From assembly GCA_900548745.1 (NCBI GenBank), contig URLQ01000001.1, positions 4,842-68,841 of the forward strand: DNA of 64,000 bases, read 5' to 3'. The translations under genes and the position numbers were made by a program. Shown here in pieces: positions 1 to 9,657 of this stretch. Numbering within the stretch: position 1 is the stretch's first letter; every line of letters begins with the position of its first letter. Under the pieces are notes generated by a model that was not told where the DNA came from, made no database searches, and was given only the letters and a program-made list of their open reading frames with translations. The DNA is from an uncultured Prevotella sp. Lineage in GTDB: Bacteria; Bacteroidota; Bacteroidia; Bacteroidales; Bacteroidaceae.

Positions 1-2915
1 CCAATGACTTCGACCGCGAACTGGCTGCGACAAAAGACTTTGTAAGAATAGAAGACGACAAGGCCATCTACAGCAACCATTGGATTGCCGGCGGAAACGA
101 TATGAAATGGGACATGGTACACTACGACGTACAGCTCTTCGGAGGTGCCGTTCTGCACCAAGGCAAGATAGCGGAGATGGCTACCGGTGAGGGTAAGACC
201 CTTGTTGCCACACTACCAGTATTCCTTAACGCCCTGACTGGCAACGGAGTACACGTGGTTACCGTGAACGACTACCTTGCAAAGCGTGACTCAGAATGGA
301 TGGGACCGCTCTATATGTTCAACGGACTTTCTGTAGACTGTATCGACAAGCACCGTCCAAACTCTCCAGAAAGACGCAAAGCATACCGTGCAGACATCAC
401 TTTCGGTACGAACAATGAGTTCGGCTTCGACTATCTGCGCGACAACATGGCAATATCTCCTGACGACCTCGTACAGAGAGCACACAACTATGCCATCGTG
501 GATGAGGTAGACTCTGTACTTATCGATGACGCACGTACACCTCTTATTATATCAGGTCCTGTACCTAATGGCGATGACCAGATGTTTGAAGAATACCAGC
601 CATTGGTTGAAAGACTCGTTGACGTACAGAGAAAGCTTGCTACAAAATATCTTGCCGATGCAAAACAGCTCATCAATGAAGGCAAGAAGAACAACGATCA
701 GAAGAAAATCGACGAAGGCTTCTTGAGCCTTTATCGTTCACATAAAGCTCTGCCAAAGAACAAGCCGCTCATCAAATACCTCTCTGAAGACGGTATAAAA
801 TCAGGAATGCTCAAGACAGAAGAGATATACATGGAGAACAACAACCGACGCATGCCGGAGGCTGTAGAACCATTGTATTTCGTCGTTGACGAGAAGCTGA
901 ACTCTGTAGACCTGACAGACAAGGGTACAGAATGGCTTGCCAATCAGGTTAACGACAAGGAACTCTTCGTATTGCCAGACATTGCTTCACAGCTGTCGGA
1001 CCTTGAAAATCAGAAACTTAACGACCAGGAGCGCCTTGACAAGAAGGACGAACTTCTCAACCACTACTCTGTACAGAGCGAGCGCGTACACACCTTGCAG
1101 CAGTTGCTCAAGGCTTACACCATGTTCAACAAGGATGACGAATACGTTGTCATCGACGGTGAAGTGAAAATCGTGGACGAGCAGACAGGTCGTATCATGG
1201 AAGGTCGCCAATGGAGCGACGGACTGCATCAGGCTGTTGAAGCAAAGGAACATGTAAAGGTTAAGGAAGCCACACAGACTTTCGCAACAATTACCCTGCA
1301 GAACTACTTCCGTATGTACCACAAACTGTCTGGTATGACCGGTACGGCAAGTACTGAGGCAGGAGAGTTCTGGGACATTTACAAGCTTGATGTAGTGGAG
1401 ATTCCTACAAACAGACCGATATTGAGGAAAGACCTTGACGACCGTCTGTATAAGACAAACAGAGAGAAATACAATGCTGTAATTGAAGAGATACAGGAGA
1501 TGATAAACCAGGGTAGACCAGTACTCGTAGGTACTACCTCGGTAGAGATTTCCGAACTCCTTGCAAAGATGCTTACCATGCGTCACATCCCTCACAACGT
1601 GCTGAACGCCAAGCTGCATCAGCATGAGGCTGACATCGTGGCAAAGGCAGGTTTGAGCAAGACAGTTACCATCGCTACCAACATGGCAGGCCGTGGTACC
1701 GACATCAAGCTTTCTCCGGAAGTTAAAGCAGCAGGAGGTCTTGCCATCATCGGTACAGAGAGACATGAGAGCCGTCGTGTAGACAGGCAGTTGCGTGGAC
1801 GTGCCGGACGTCAGGGTGACCCTGGTAGCTCTGTATTCTATGTCAGCCTTGAAGACAAGCTCATGCGTCTGTTCGCAAGTGAGCGTATCGCAAGAGTAAT
1901 GGACAGACTCGGCATTGAAGACGGAGAAAGAATTGAAAGTTCGCTGATGTCGAAGAGCATTGAGCGTGCACAGAAGAAAGTCGAGGAGAACAACTTCGGT
2001 ATCCGTAAGCGTCTGTTGGAATACGACGACGTGATGAACAAGCAGCGTACTGTCGTTTACGAGAAGCGTCGCCATGCCCTTATGGGTGAGAGAATCGGTA
2101 TGGACATTACCAACATCATCTGGGACCGCATCGTAAACATCATAGAGAAGAACGACTACGAGGGATGCAAGGATGAGTTCCTGAAAGTACTTGCCATGGA
2201 ATGCCCATTCACAGAAGTGGAGCTTCAGAATGAAGACAGAGGAAACCTTGAAGAGAAGGCATTCCAGGCAGCAATGGCAGACTTCAAGAGAAGAACAGAC
2301 CGCATCCAGGCTGTAGGCTTCCCTGTAATAAAGGATGTATTCGAAAACCAGGGTGCTATATATGAGCGCATCATGGTGCCAATCACCGACGGCAAAAGAG
2401 TCTTCAACATCCCTTGCAACCTGAAGGAAGCTTACGATACAGAGGCAAAGAGCGTTGTGAAGCAGTTTGAGAAGACAATCATGTTGCATATCATCGACGA
2501 CTGTTGGAAAGAGAATCTTAGAGCACTTGACGAATTGAAGCATAGTGTGCAAAATGCTTCTTACGAGCAGAAAGACCCTCTCGTAATATTCAAGTTGGAG
2601 AGTGTCAAGTTGTTCGACGACATGGTTGACCAGATGAACAACCGCATCGTCAGCATTCTGATGAGAGCACAGATTCCAGTAATGGAACAACAGCAGGTAC
2701 AAGAAGCAGCTCCTGAGGAACACTCACAGCAGTATACCGAAGAGAAGGTAAACCTCGAAGATGAGGCACAGAAAGCTGCTGCACAGCACGATACAAGAGA
2801 ATCTACAGCAAAGCAGGAACCTATCGTAAAGGATAAGATGCCGGGAAGAAACGACCCTTGTCCTTGTGGAAGCGGCAAGAAGTTCAAGAACTGTCATGGA
2901 CGCGGACTTGTTTAA
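1..2915 (+). CDS. secA: Preprotein translocase subunit SecA (5' truncated by window edge)
   Basis: Motifs [40 protein letters not shown] and [17 protein letters not shown], plus C-terminal SEC-C motif [19 protein letters not shown]. The frame stays open upstream of 102. Confidence 0.98.
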   Translation, partial: NDFDRELAATKDFVRIEDDKAIYSNHWIAGGNDMKWDMVHYDVQLFGGAVLHQGKIAEMATGEGKTLVATLPVFLNALTGNGVHVVTVNDYLAKRDSEWMGPLYMFNGLSVDCIDKHRPNSPERRKAYRADITFGTNNEFGFDYLRDNMAISPDDLVQRAHNYAIVDEVDSVLIDDARTPLIISGPVPNGDDQMFEEYQPLVERLVDVQRKLATKYLADAKQLINEGKKNNDQKKIDEGFLSLYRSHKALPKNKPLIKYLSEDGIKSGMLKTEEIYMENNNRRMPEAVEPLYFVVDEKLNSVDLTDKGTEWLANQVNDKELFVLPDIASQLSDLENQKLNDQERLDKKDELLNHYSVQSERVHTLQQLLKAYTMFNKDDEYVVIDGEVKIVDEQTGRIMEGRQWSDGLHQAVEAKEHVKVKEATQTFATITLQNYFRMYHKLSGMTGTASTEAGEFWDIYKLDVVEIPTNRPILRKDLDDRLYKTNREKYNAVIEEIQEMINQGRPVLVGTTSVEISELLAKMLTMRHIPHNVLNAKLHQHEADIVAKAGLSKTVTIATNMAGRGTDIKLSPEVKAAGGLAIIGTERHESRRVDRQLRGRAGRQGDPGSSVFYVSLEDKLMRLFASERIARVMDRLGIEDGERIESSLMSKSIERAQKKVEENNFGIRKRLLEYDDVMNKQRTVVYEKRRHALMGERIGMDITNIIWDRIVNIIEKNDYEGCKDEFLKVLAMECPFTEVELQNEDRGNLEEKAFQAAMADFKRRTDRIQAVGFPVIKDVFENQGAIYERIMVPITDGKRVFNIPCNLKEAYDTEAKSVVKQFEKTIMLHIIDDCWKENLRALDELKHSVQNASYEQKDPLVIFKLESVKLFDDMVDQMNNRIVSILMRAQIPVMEQQQVQEAAPEEHSQQYTEEKVNLEDEAQKAAAQHDTRESTAKQEPIVKDKMPGRNDPCPCGSGKKFKNCHGRGLV

Positions 2916-2945
2916 TTCCGCAACGATGAAAGTATAAAACACGGT

Positions 2946-2998
2946 GGAGTGTGTCAAAGGAAGGATGTCTATCCGCCAAGGACACACTCCTCTTTTTT
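2946..2998 (+). terminator. Probable intrinsic terminator of secA
   Basis: 10-bp stem GGAGTGTGTC/GACACACTCC with a long loop, followed by TCTTTTTT. Confidence 0.65.
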
Positions 2999-3084
2999 AT
3001 AAAGACAATACCTATTATTTATAAAGACAATACCTGTTACTTATAAAGGCGAAACCTAATACTTATAAAAGAAATACCGACAAT
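2997..3084. repeat. Four tandem 22-bp degenerate repeats
   Basis: TTATAAAGACAATACCTATTAT / TTATAAAGACAATACCTGTTAC / TTATAAAGGCGAAACCTAATAC / TTATAAAAGAAATACCGACAAT. Confidence 0.85.
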
Positions 3085-3140
3085 AGCATTTGCTTTTTGC
3101 GGTTTTATACAGTTATCATCAATAAAGAAAGCATCAACGT

Positions 3141-3869
3141 ATGGAAATAGTTTTTGACAGTCTGAAAAAGACTTTCGGAGAGAAAACTGCTGTAGACATT
3201 GACAAACTGACAGTAGAAGGCAACACTCTGCTCGGTCTGGTAGGAAACAACGGAGCTGGAAAAACAACGCTCTTCAGACTTGCTCTCGACCTTCTGAAGG
3301 CAGATTGCGGAACAGTGAACATGAAGTTCAACAACCCCGACGGCTCCACTTTTGCCACCGATGTAAAGGTTGGAGAAGAATGGAAAGTATATACCGGAGC
3401 ATATATAGATGAAAGTTTCCTCATAGACTTTCTCTCTCCCGAAGAATATTTCGAGTTTATTGCAAAGGTCAGCAATCTCTCAAAAGAGACAATGAACGAG
3501 CGACTTAAACAGTATGAAGACTTCATGAACGGTGAGATTATCGGACAGAACAAGCTTATCAGAAGCATGTCAGCTGGCAACAAGCAGAAGATAGGCATCA
3601 TCTCAGCTCTCATCAACCAGCCACAACTGGTTATACTTGACGAACCATTCAACTTCCTTGACCCGACGAGTCAGAATGTCCTCAAGAGACTGCTACAGAA
3701 ATATAACAAGGAGACAGGTGCTACAATCATCGTCAGCAGCCATAACCTCTCTCACACAGTAGACATAAGCAATCGTATTGTTGTTATGGAACATGGAAAG
3801 ATTGTGATGGACCTCGATAACGACGGTGAGGAGGCAAAAGCAAGATTGGAGGAGTACTTCAACAAATAA
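3141..3869 (+). CDS. ABC transporter ATP-binding protein
   Basis: Walker A GNNGAGKTT, signature-like MSAGNKQK, Walker B ILDEP, H-loop SSH. Confidence 0.93.
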   Translation: MEIVFDSLKKTFGEKTAVDIDKLTVEGNTLLGLVGNNGAGKTTLFRLALDLLKADCGTVNMKFNNPDGSTFATDVKVGEEWKVYTGAYIDESFLIDFLSPEEYFEFIAKVSNLSKETMNERLKQYEDFMNGEIIGQNKLIRSMSAGNKQKIGIISALINQPQLVILDEPFNFLDPTSQNVLKRLLQKYNKETGATIIVSSHNLSHTVDISNRIVVMEHGKIVMDLDNDGEEAKARLEEYFNK

Positions 3870-4034
3870 GTAGCAAATCGTCGTCTCCCCTACTCCATGC
3901 TTGAGCATATAATTGCACGATATTATTTTACATACTATACCTATATTATATTAGAATAATGAAGCACGTATATTTTTAACCATAATTAGTAGGTATTTAT
4001 CAGTAGAACTGGTTATGGTTAAAAATTTTCTTTC

Positions 4035-4099
4035 TACCTTTGTATATAAAAAACGGCATCTCAGCAATGAAGGATTTAAATTAGCAAATTCTATCTTTG
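4035..4099 (+). promoter_or_regulatory. Two candidate Bacteroidetes -7 promoter elements upstream of feoB
   Basis: TACCTTTG at 4035-4042 and TATCTTTG at 4092-4099 match TAnnTTTG. Confidence 0.55.
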
Positions 4100-4168
4100 C
4101 AAGTTTCTATCTGCGTTCGATTTGCATAATGTGGAAGATGTCGGAAAGAATAAAAAGACTATTAGAAT

Positions 4169-6604
4169 ATGAAATTGTCAGATCTGAAAACCGGAGAAAA
4201 AGGTGTTATCGTAAAGGTATTAGGACACGGAGGGTTCCGCAAGAGAATAGTAGAGATGGGATTCATCAAAGGACAAATCGTGGAAGTTCTGTTGAATGCT
4301 CCTCTTCGCGACCCTGTGAAATACAAGATAATGGGATATGAAGTGTCGCTCAGACATAATGAGGCGGCAATGATAGAAATCATGTCTGTAGAGGAAGCAA
4401 GAAGCATTGACAAAGAGAAGCATACTGCCGAAAACAACAATGACGAAGAAGCCGTCATTGACAACAACTTCAACAAAGAAGACGAACAAGAAGAACCGTT
4501 AGAGAAAAAACTACATGAAGCTGCACTGAAAAAAAGAAAGAAGATAAATGTGGCCCTCGTAGGCAACCCTAACTGCGGAAAGACTTCCCTGTTCAACTAT
4601 ATTTCCGGTGCTCACGAACGTGTAGGAAACTACTCTGGAGTAACCGTTGACGCCAAGGAGGGACACGCAAACTTTGAAGGATACGAGTTCAATATTACTG
4701 ATCTGCCAGGCACTTATTCCCTTTCGGCATACAGTCCAGAGGAACTGTACGTCAGAAAAGAGATTATCGACAAGACTCCAGATATCATCATCAATGTCAT
4801 AGACTCAAGCAATCTGGTAAGAAACCTTTATCTTACCACCCAGCTTGTGGACATGAACCAGAGAATCATCTGTGCCCTGAACATGTATGACGAGTTTGAG
4901 GAAAGAGGCGACAAGCTGAATACGGACACGCTCGGCAGACTGTTCGGCGTGCCTATGGTGCCGACCGTCTTCCGCACAGGACGTGGAGTAAAGGAACTGT
5001 TCCACAGAATCATCAATATGTATGAGGATCAGGACAACACCTACAGACACATCCATATCAACCACGGCAAGGACATCGAAGAAGGCATCGACAGAGTGAA
5101 AGAGCTCATACAGAAAGATGAGCAGATAAGATACAAATACTCAACAAGATACCTCGCCATCAAACTGTTGGAGATGGACAAGAATACAGAAGAGTTTGTC
5201 AATACTCTGCCTAACGCCAAAGAGGTAATGGAAGCAAGAGACAGGGAAGCCGTAAGAATAAAGGAGGAAGTGAAGGAAGACAGCGAGACTGCCATCATGA
5301 ACGCCAAATACGGATTCATCAACGGAGCGCTGAAAGAGGCAGAATACGAAACCGGAGACAAACAGGACACGTATCAGACCACCCACGTGATTGACAAAAT
5401 AATAACAAACAAATATCTCGGATTCCCACTGTTCTTCCTGTTGCTCTACGTCATGTTCCAGGTTACCTTCTCCATAGGACAATATCCGATGGACTGGATA
5501 GATGCCGGTGTAGGAATGCTTGGCGACTGGATAAGCAGCAACATACCAGAGGGACCACTTAAAGCCATGCTTGTGGATGGTATCATCGGCGGTGTGGGAG
5601 CAGTAATCGTATTCCTGCCACAGATTCTCATCCTCTATGCCATCATCTCGTTCATGGAAGACAGCGGATATATGGCACGCGCGGCATTCATCATGGACAA
5701 GCTGATGCACAAGATGGGACTTCACGGCAAATCCTTCATCCCCCTCATCATGGGCTTCGGATGCAACGTGCCTGCCATAATGGCAACAAGAACCATAGAG
5801 AGCAGACGAAGCAGACTGATAACGATGCTTATCCTTCCGTTCATGAGCTGTTCGGCAAGACTGCCTATCTACATCATGATAACAAGCACCTTCTTCGCAC
5901 TTAAATACAGAAGCGTAATCATGATTTCCCTCTACGCCATAGGCATCATCATGGCCATCATCATGAGCAGACTATTCAGCAAATGGCTTGTAAAGAGTGA
6001 AGACGTACCATTCGTCATGGAGCTACCGCCCTATCGTTTCCCTACCGCCAAGGCGATAATGAGACACACATGGGAGAAAGGGAAACAGTATCTCAAGAAG
6101 ATGGGAGGCATCATCCTCGTGGCAAGCATCATAGTCTGGGCATTAGGATATTTTCCCCACAACGACGACCTTACCATGCAGCAGCAACAGGAACAGAGCT
6201 ACATCGGAAGGATAGGAAAAACCGTAGAACCGGTGTTCCGTCCGCAGGGCTTCGACTGGAAGCTCTCTGTAGGACTGATTTCCGGAGTAGGAGCAAAAGA
6301 GATTGTTGCATCCACAATGGGAGTGCTTTATTCCGGCGACGAAACGGTGGCAGACGACAGCGAGGCAGACAATGCCAAATATGAATACCTGTACAAGAAG
6401 ATGTCGGCAGACGGTGTAACGCCGCTGATAGCATTCTGCTACCTGCTCTTTGTCCTGCTCTACTTCCCTTGTCTTGCCACGATAGTGGCGATAAAAAACG
6501 AGTCGGGAAGCTGGAAGTGGGCATTATTTACAGCCTTCTACACAACGGCTGTAGCATGGTTCGTGTCGGCAGCAGTATATCAGATAGGACTGCTGTTCAC
6601 GTAA
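4169..6604 (+). CDS. feoB: Ferrous iron transporter, FeoA-FeoB fusion
   Basis: N-terminal FeoA SH3-like domain; GTPase motifs GNPNCGKT, NYSGVT and DLPG; membrane motifs GFGCNVPA and MSCSARLP. Confidence 0.96.
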   Translation: MKLSDLKTGEKGVIVKVLGHGGFRKRIVEMGFIKGQIVEVLLNAPLRDPVKYKIMGYEVSLRHNEAAMIEIMSVEEARSIDKEKHTAENNNDEEAVIDNNFNKEDEQEEPLEKKLHEAALKKRKKINVALVGNPNCGKTSLFNYISGAHERVGNYSGVTVDAKEGHANFEGYEFNITDLPGTYSLSAYSPEELYVRKEIIDKTPDIIINVIDSSNLVRNLYLTTQLVDMNQRIICALNMYDEFEERGDKLNTDTLGRLFGVPMVPTVFRTGRGVKELFHRIINMYEDQDNTYRHIHINHGKDIEEGIDRVKELIQKDEQIRYKYSTRYLAIKLLEMDKNTEEFVNTLPNAKEVMEARDREAVRIKEEVKEDSETAIMNAKYGFINGALKEAEYETGDKQDTYQTTHVIDKIITNKYLGFPLFFLLLYVMFQVTFSIGQYPMDWIDAGVGMLGDWISSNIPEGPLKAMLVDGIIGGVGAVIVFLPQILILYAIISFMEDSGYMARAAFIMDKLMHKMGLHGKSFIPLIMGFGCNVPAIMATRTIESRRSRLITMLILPFMSCSARLPIYIMITSTFFALKYRSVIMISLYAIGIIMAIIMSRLFSKWLVKSEDVPFVMELPPYRFPTAKAIMRHTWEKGKQYLKKMGGIILVASIIVWALGYFPHNDDLTMQQQQEQSYIGRIGKTVEPVFRPQGFDWKLSVGLISGVGAKEIVASTMGVLYSGDETVADDSEADNAKYEYLYKKMSADGVTPLIAFCYLLFVLLYFPCLATIVAIKNESGSWKWALFTAFYTTAVAWFVSAAVYQIGLLFT

Positions 6605-6762
6605 GACAACTGTCCGCACAGTTCACAGCAGCCAAAAGCGTAACTTCATTTGATGAGACACAAACAGAAATGTCATGTGCATTCTCATCAATGAAGTATA
6701 AATGAAAGAAACAAAACGTGATAAATTCACAATATTCAAACAAACTAACCAAAAAAAACATT

Positions 6763-7917
6763 ATGATTAACAGATTTATCCTAAACGAAGTATCATACTT
6801 CGGACCGGGAGCAAGAAAAGAGCTTCCTACAGTAGTAAAGAGCCGCGGTTTCAAGAAAGCCCTCGTTGTAACAGACAAAGGACTGATGAAGTTCGGCGTG
6901 GCAAAGATGGTTCTCGACGTTCTTGACGAAGCCAACATACCTTACGAAGTATACGATGACGTTAAGCCAAACCCAACAGTAACCAACGTTACAAACGGAG
7001 TGGAAGCCTGCAAGAAGGCAGAAGCAGACTTTATCGTTGCCATCGGCGGTGGTTCTTCTATGGACACTGCCAAAGGAATAGGTATTGTATGCACCAATCC
7101 AGAGTTCGCCGATGTAGTATCATTGGAAGGCGTTGCAGACACAAAAAACAAATGTCTGCCAATCATTGCCCTTCCTACAACTGCCGGAACAGCAGCCGAG
7201 ACAACAATCAACTATGTAATCATCGACGAGAAGCGTCAGCAGAAGATGGTCTGTGTTGACCCTAACGATATTCCTGCCGTTGCCATCATCGATGCCGAAC
7301 TGATGTACTCCCTGCCAAAGGGACTTACCGCAGCAACAGGTATGGACGCCATGACGCATGCCATTGAAGGTCTTATAACCAAGGCAGCATGGGAGATGAG
7401 CGACATGTTCGAGATAAAGGCCATTGAGATGATACACAAATATCTGCCGGTGGCAGTAAATGACCCTACAAATCCTGAGGGAAGAAACGGCATGGCTGTC
7501 GCACAGTATATTGCCGGCATGGCATTCTCCAATGTCGGTTTAGGTGTAGACCACGGCATGGCTCACCCAATGAGTGCCCTGCACGATGTACCACACGGAG
7601 TGGCTTGTGCCATTCTACTCCCTACGGTAATGCGCTTCAATATGCCGGTGAGCATCAAGAAGTATGTGGAGATAGCAAAGGCCGTAGGTGTTTACGAGGC
7701 AGGCATGACCGACGAACAGGCTGCAGAGGCCGCTTGCAACGAAATAGAGAACCTGTCGAAACTCGTAGGCATTCCTCAGCATCTGACCGAACTTGGCATC
7801 AAGGAAGAAGACATTCCTGCTCTTGCCGAACAGGCTATAACAGATGTTTGCACTCCGGGCAATCCTCGTCCTGTAACGAAAGAGGATATTCTCAACCTGT
7901 ACAAAACGATTCTGTAA
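6763..7917 (+). CDS. fucO: Lactaldehyde reductase / iron-containing alcohol dehydrogenase
   Basis: Start MINRFILNEVSYFG; motifs AIGGGSSMD, PTTAGT, GMDAMTHAIE, HGMAH and PHGVA. ATG 6763 preferred over the upstream GTG. Confidence 0.9.
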   Translation: MINRFILNEVSYFGPGARKELPTVVKSRGFKKALVVTDKGLMKFGVAKMVLDVLDEANIPYEVYDDVKPNPTVTNVTNGVEACKKAEADFIVAIGGGSSMDTAKGIGIVCTNPEFADVVSLEGVADTKNKCLPIIALPTTAGTAAETTINYVIIDEKRQQKMVCVDPNDIPAVAIIDAELMYSLPKGLTAATGMDAMTHAIEGLITKAAWEMSDMFEIKAIEMIHKYLPVAVNDPTNPEGRNGMAVAQYIAGMAFSNVGLGVDHGMAHPMSALHDVPHGVACAILLPTVMRFNMPVSIKKYVEIAKAVGVYEAGMTDEQAAEAACNEIENLSKLVGIPQHLTELGIKEEDIPALAEQAITDVCTPGNPRPVTKEDILNLYKTIL

Positions 7918-7964
7918 TCGAATATAAAAAGAAATCAGCAACGACAGATACTGATAAATCCAAC

Positions 7965-8000
7965 AAGAAGTCTCCTGTCTCTGGGAGACTTCTTTCTTTT
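7965..8000 (+). terminator. Intrinsic terminator of fucO
   Basis: Stem AAGAAGTCTCC/GGAGACTTCTT followed by TCTTTT. Confidence 0.7.
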
Positions 8001-8021
8001 CCGCCTTTCACAGACAGACAT

Positions 8022-8057
8022 AAAAAAAGAGAGAAAGGCACACAACCCTTCTCTCTT
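8022..8057 (-). terminator. Probable terminator of rpsP
   Basis: Imperfect stem GAGAGAAAGG/CCTTCTCTC with A7 on the plus strand (U-tract on minus). Confidence 0.55.
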
Positions 8058-8083
8058 CTCTTTTCTTACTTATCGACTGAGAA

Positions 8084-8611
8084 TTACTCTGCAGCAGCCT
8101 CTTCAGCTGGAGCTTCCTCTGTAGCAGCCTCAGCAGCCTTAGCAGCTTCTGCCTCAGCCTTCTTCTCAGCTACTTTCTTAGCGATAGCTTCGTTAACCTT
8201 CTTCTCCTCAGCAAGGCTCTTGTCGTAAGCGGCCTTCTTCTCCTTTGCCAATGTCTCACGCAAAGCGTCGAGACCCTTCTGCTTGTCAGCCTTCCATGCA
8301 TCGAACTTGGTCTGAGCTGCAGCCTCATCGAATGCACCCTTCTTAACACCGCCACGGAGATGCTTCATCATGTAAACACCTTCACGCTTAAGGATGTTGC
8401 GAACAGTATCTGTTGGCTGTGCACCAACCTCTACCCAATAAAGAGCACGATCAAAATTCAAATCTACTGTGGCAGGATTAGTGTTTGGATTATAAGTACC
8501 AATCTTTTCAGTAAACTTTCCATCACGTGGAGCTCTAACGTCAGCGATTACGATGCTGTAGAAGGCATAGCCCTTACGGCCACCGCGCTGTAATCTGATT
8601 TTTGTTGCCAT
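8084..8611 (-). CDS. rpsP: 30S ribosomal protein S16 with Bacteroidetes C-terminal extension
   Basis: [13 protein letters not shown]...[16 protein letters not shown] and GAQPTDTVR. Confidence 0.98.
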   Translation of the reverse strand: MATKIRLQRGGRKGYAFYSIVIADVRAPRDGKFTEKIGTYNPNTNPATVDLNFDRALYWVEVGAQPTDTVRNILKREGVYMMKHLRGGVKKGAFDEAAAQTKFDAWKADKQKGLDALRETLAKEKKAAYDKSLAEEKKVNEAIAKKVAEKKAEAEAAKAAEAATEEAPAEEAAAE

Positions 8612-8668
8612 TTTTAATTATTTATTTTTTTAGGTTTGAATTTAATGTCATTATCGCGTAATGACATG

Positions 8669-8676
8669 CAAAGGTA
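8669..8676 (-). promoter_or_regulatory. -7 promoter element of rpsP
   Basis: Reverse complement reads TACCTTTG, followed by CA. Confidence 0.65.
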
Positions 8677-8841
8677 TCTCTTTTTTATTGAACACGAAAC
8701 ACCTCACCTCCTCAATTATATATTATTTAAGTAATTTAACAATATAAATATCACCACAAAACAAGTCGTTCTACTTAAAATCACATTCTTTGCCCCACTT
8801 ATATTATAGCTTTTTCCACCTTATATTATTTATATAGAACC

Positions 8842-8951
8842 AGAAAGTCGGCAACTTCCATGAAGCGACCAAGGGACTTACAAACAGAAAGTAGGTAACT
8901 TTCCAATAGAAAGTCGGTAACTTTCTCATAGAAATTACGTAACTTTCTAAA
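8842..8951. repeat. Array of five 22-bp units, mostly palindromic (AGAAAGT-N5-ACTTTC)
   Basis: AGAAAGTCGGCAACTTCCATGA / a degenerate unit / AGAAAGTAGGTAACTTTCCAAT / AGAAAGTCGGTAACTTTCTCAT / AGAAATTACGTAACTTTCTAAA. Confidence 0.85.
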
Positions 8952-9029
8952 AACGGTACTTTTTACGAGTGTTTTTACTTCATTAAAATTTAATAACCGG
9001 AAATACTTTTCTGTTAGATTGAAAAGATA

Positions 9030-9037
9030 TAATTTTG
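9030..9037 (+). promoter_or_regulatory. -7 promoter element
   Basis: TAATTTTG followed by CA, about 90 bp upstream of ATG 9125. Confidence 0.6.
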
Positions 9038-9124
9038 CAGCGTTGGAGAAAATAATTTCACCGCTTGGCGGATGGCCATACGATAAACGAACCATTAAAA
9101 CAAGTTAAAGGAAAGGAAACACAA

Positions 9125-9538
9125 ATGAGAAAGATTATCATTTCAGCCGTCGCAATGGCTGCTTTATGCTTTTCTGTAGACGCAATGGCGCAGAACACAG
9201 TACAGAAAATCAACACCCTGACGACCCAGTGCGACAAGACAAAGAAAGAATGCAAGAAAGCAGCTAAAAGCTGCAAGTCAACGGTTGATGCCGTCACATC
9301 GGCAACATCTCAGACAAAATCATGCTGCAAACAGACCCGGAAGGCTGCCAAAGCAGAACTGAAGGAGTCAAAGAAAGCCATCAAAACAGAATTGAAGCGA
9401 GCCAAGAAGTTGACTAAAGCGGAGTTGAAAGGTGCGAAAGCAGAGCTTAAGTCTACAAAGATGGCAGCCAACGCCAATTTGAAGACAGCAGAGAAACTGA
9501 CAAAACAGATAGTTAATTCAGCTAAAAAGTCATATTAA
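9125..9538 (+). CDS. Small secreted Lys/Ala-rich hypothetical protein
   Basis: Signal peptide MRKIIISAVAMAALCFSVDAMA/Q; own promoter and terminator; 11-aa repeats. Confidence 0.85.
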   Translation: MRKIIISAVAMAALCFSVDAMAQNTVQKINTLTTQCDKTKKECKKAAKSCKSTVDAVTSATSQTKSCCKQTRKAAKAELKESKKAIKTELKRAKKLTKAELKGAKAELKSTKMAANANLKTAEKLTKQIVNSAKKSY

Positions 9539-9573
9539 CAAGTCGCAGAACGACAGTCGAAACAGATTTAAAG

Positions 9574-9607
9574 CAAAGGCTGCAGAGATATTCTCCTGCA
9601 GCCTTTG
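9574..9607. terminator. Hairpin terminator between convergent genes
   Basis: 12-bp stem CAAAGGCTGCAG/CTGCAGCCTTTG. Confidence 0.65.
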
Positions 9608-9657
9608 TCTTATCCTTTCCCGAAGCAGCAACCTGGCTTCAGAGTATTGCCAACAGA

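Noticed and set aside
987..2723. 578-aa antisense ORF within secA, and similar ones at 24777-25616, 25472-26353, 28691-29785, 32211-33269 and 46224-47726
   Set aside because: They lie opposite well-supported genes and have no recognisable motifs. They are best explained as codon-bias shadow ORFs.
6716..6732. Rex-like operator ACGTGATAAATTCACAA before fucO
   Set aside because: The spacing between GTGA and TCAC is 5 bp rather than the usual 6, and the left half-site is imperfect.
8842..8951. Possible CRISPR array
   Set aside because: Units are contiguous and degenerate with no unique spacers, and there are no cas genes. Kept as a tandem repeat.
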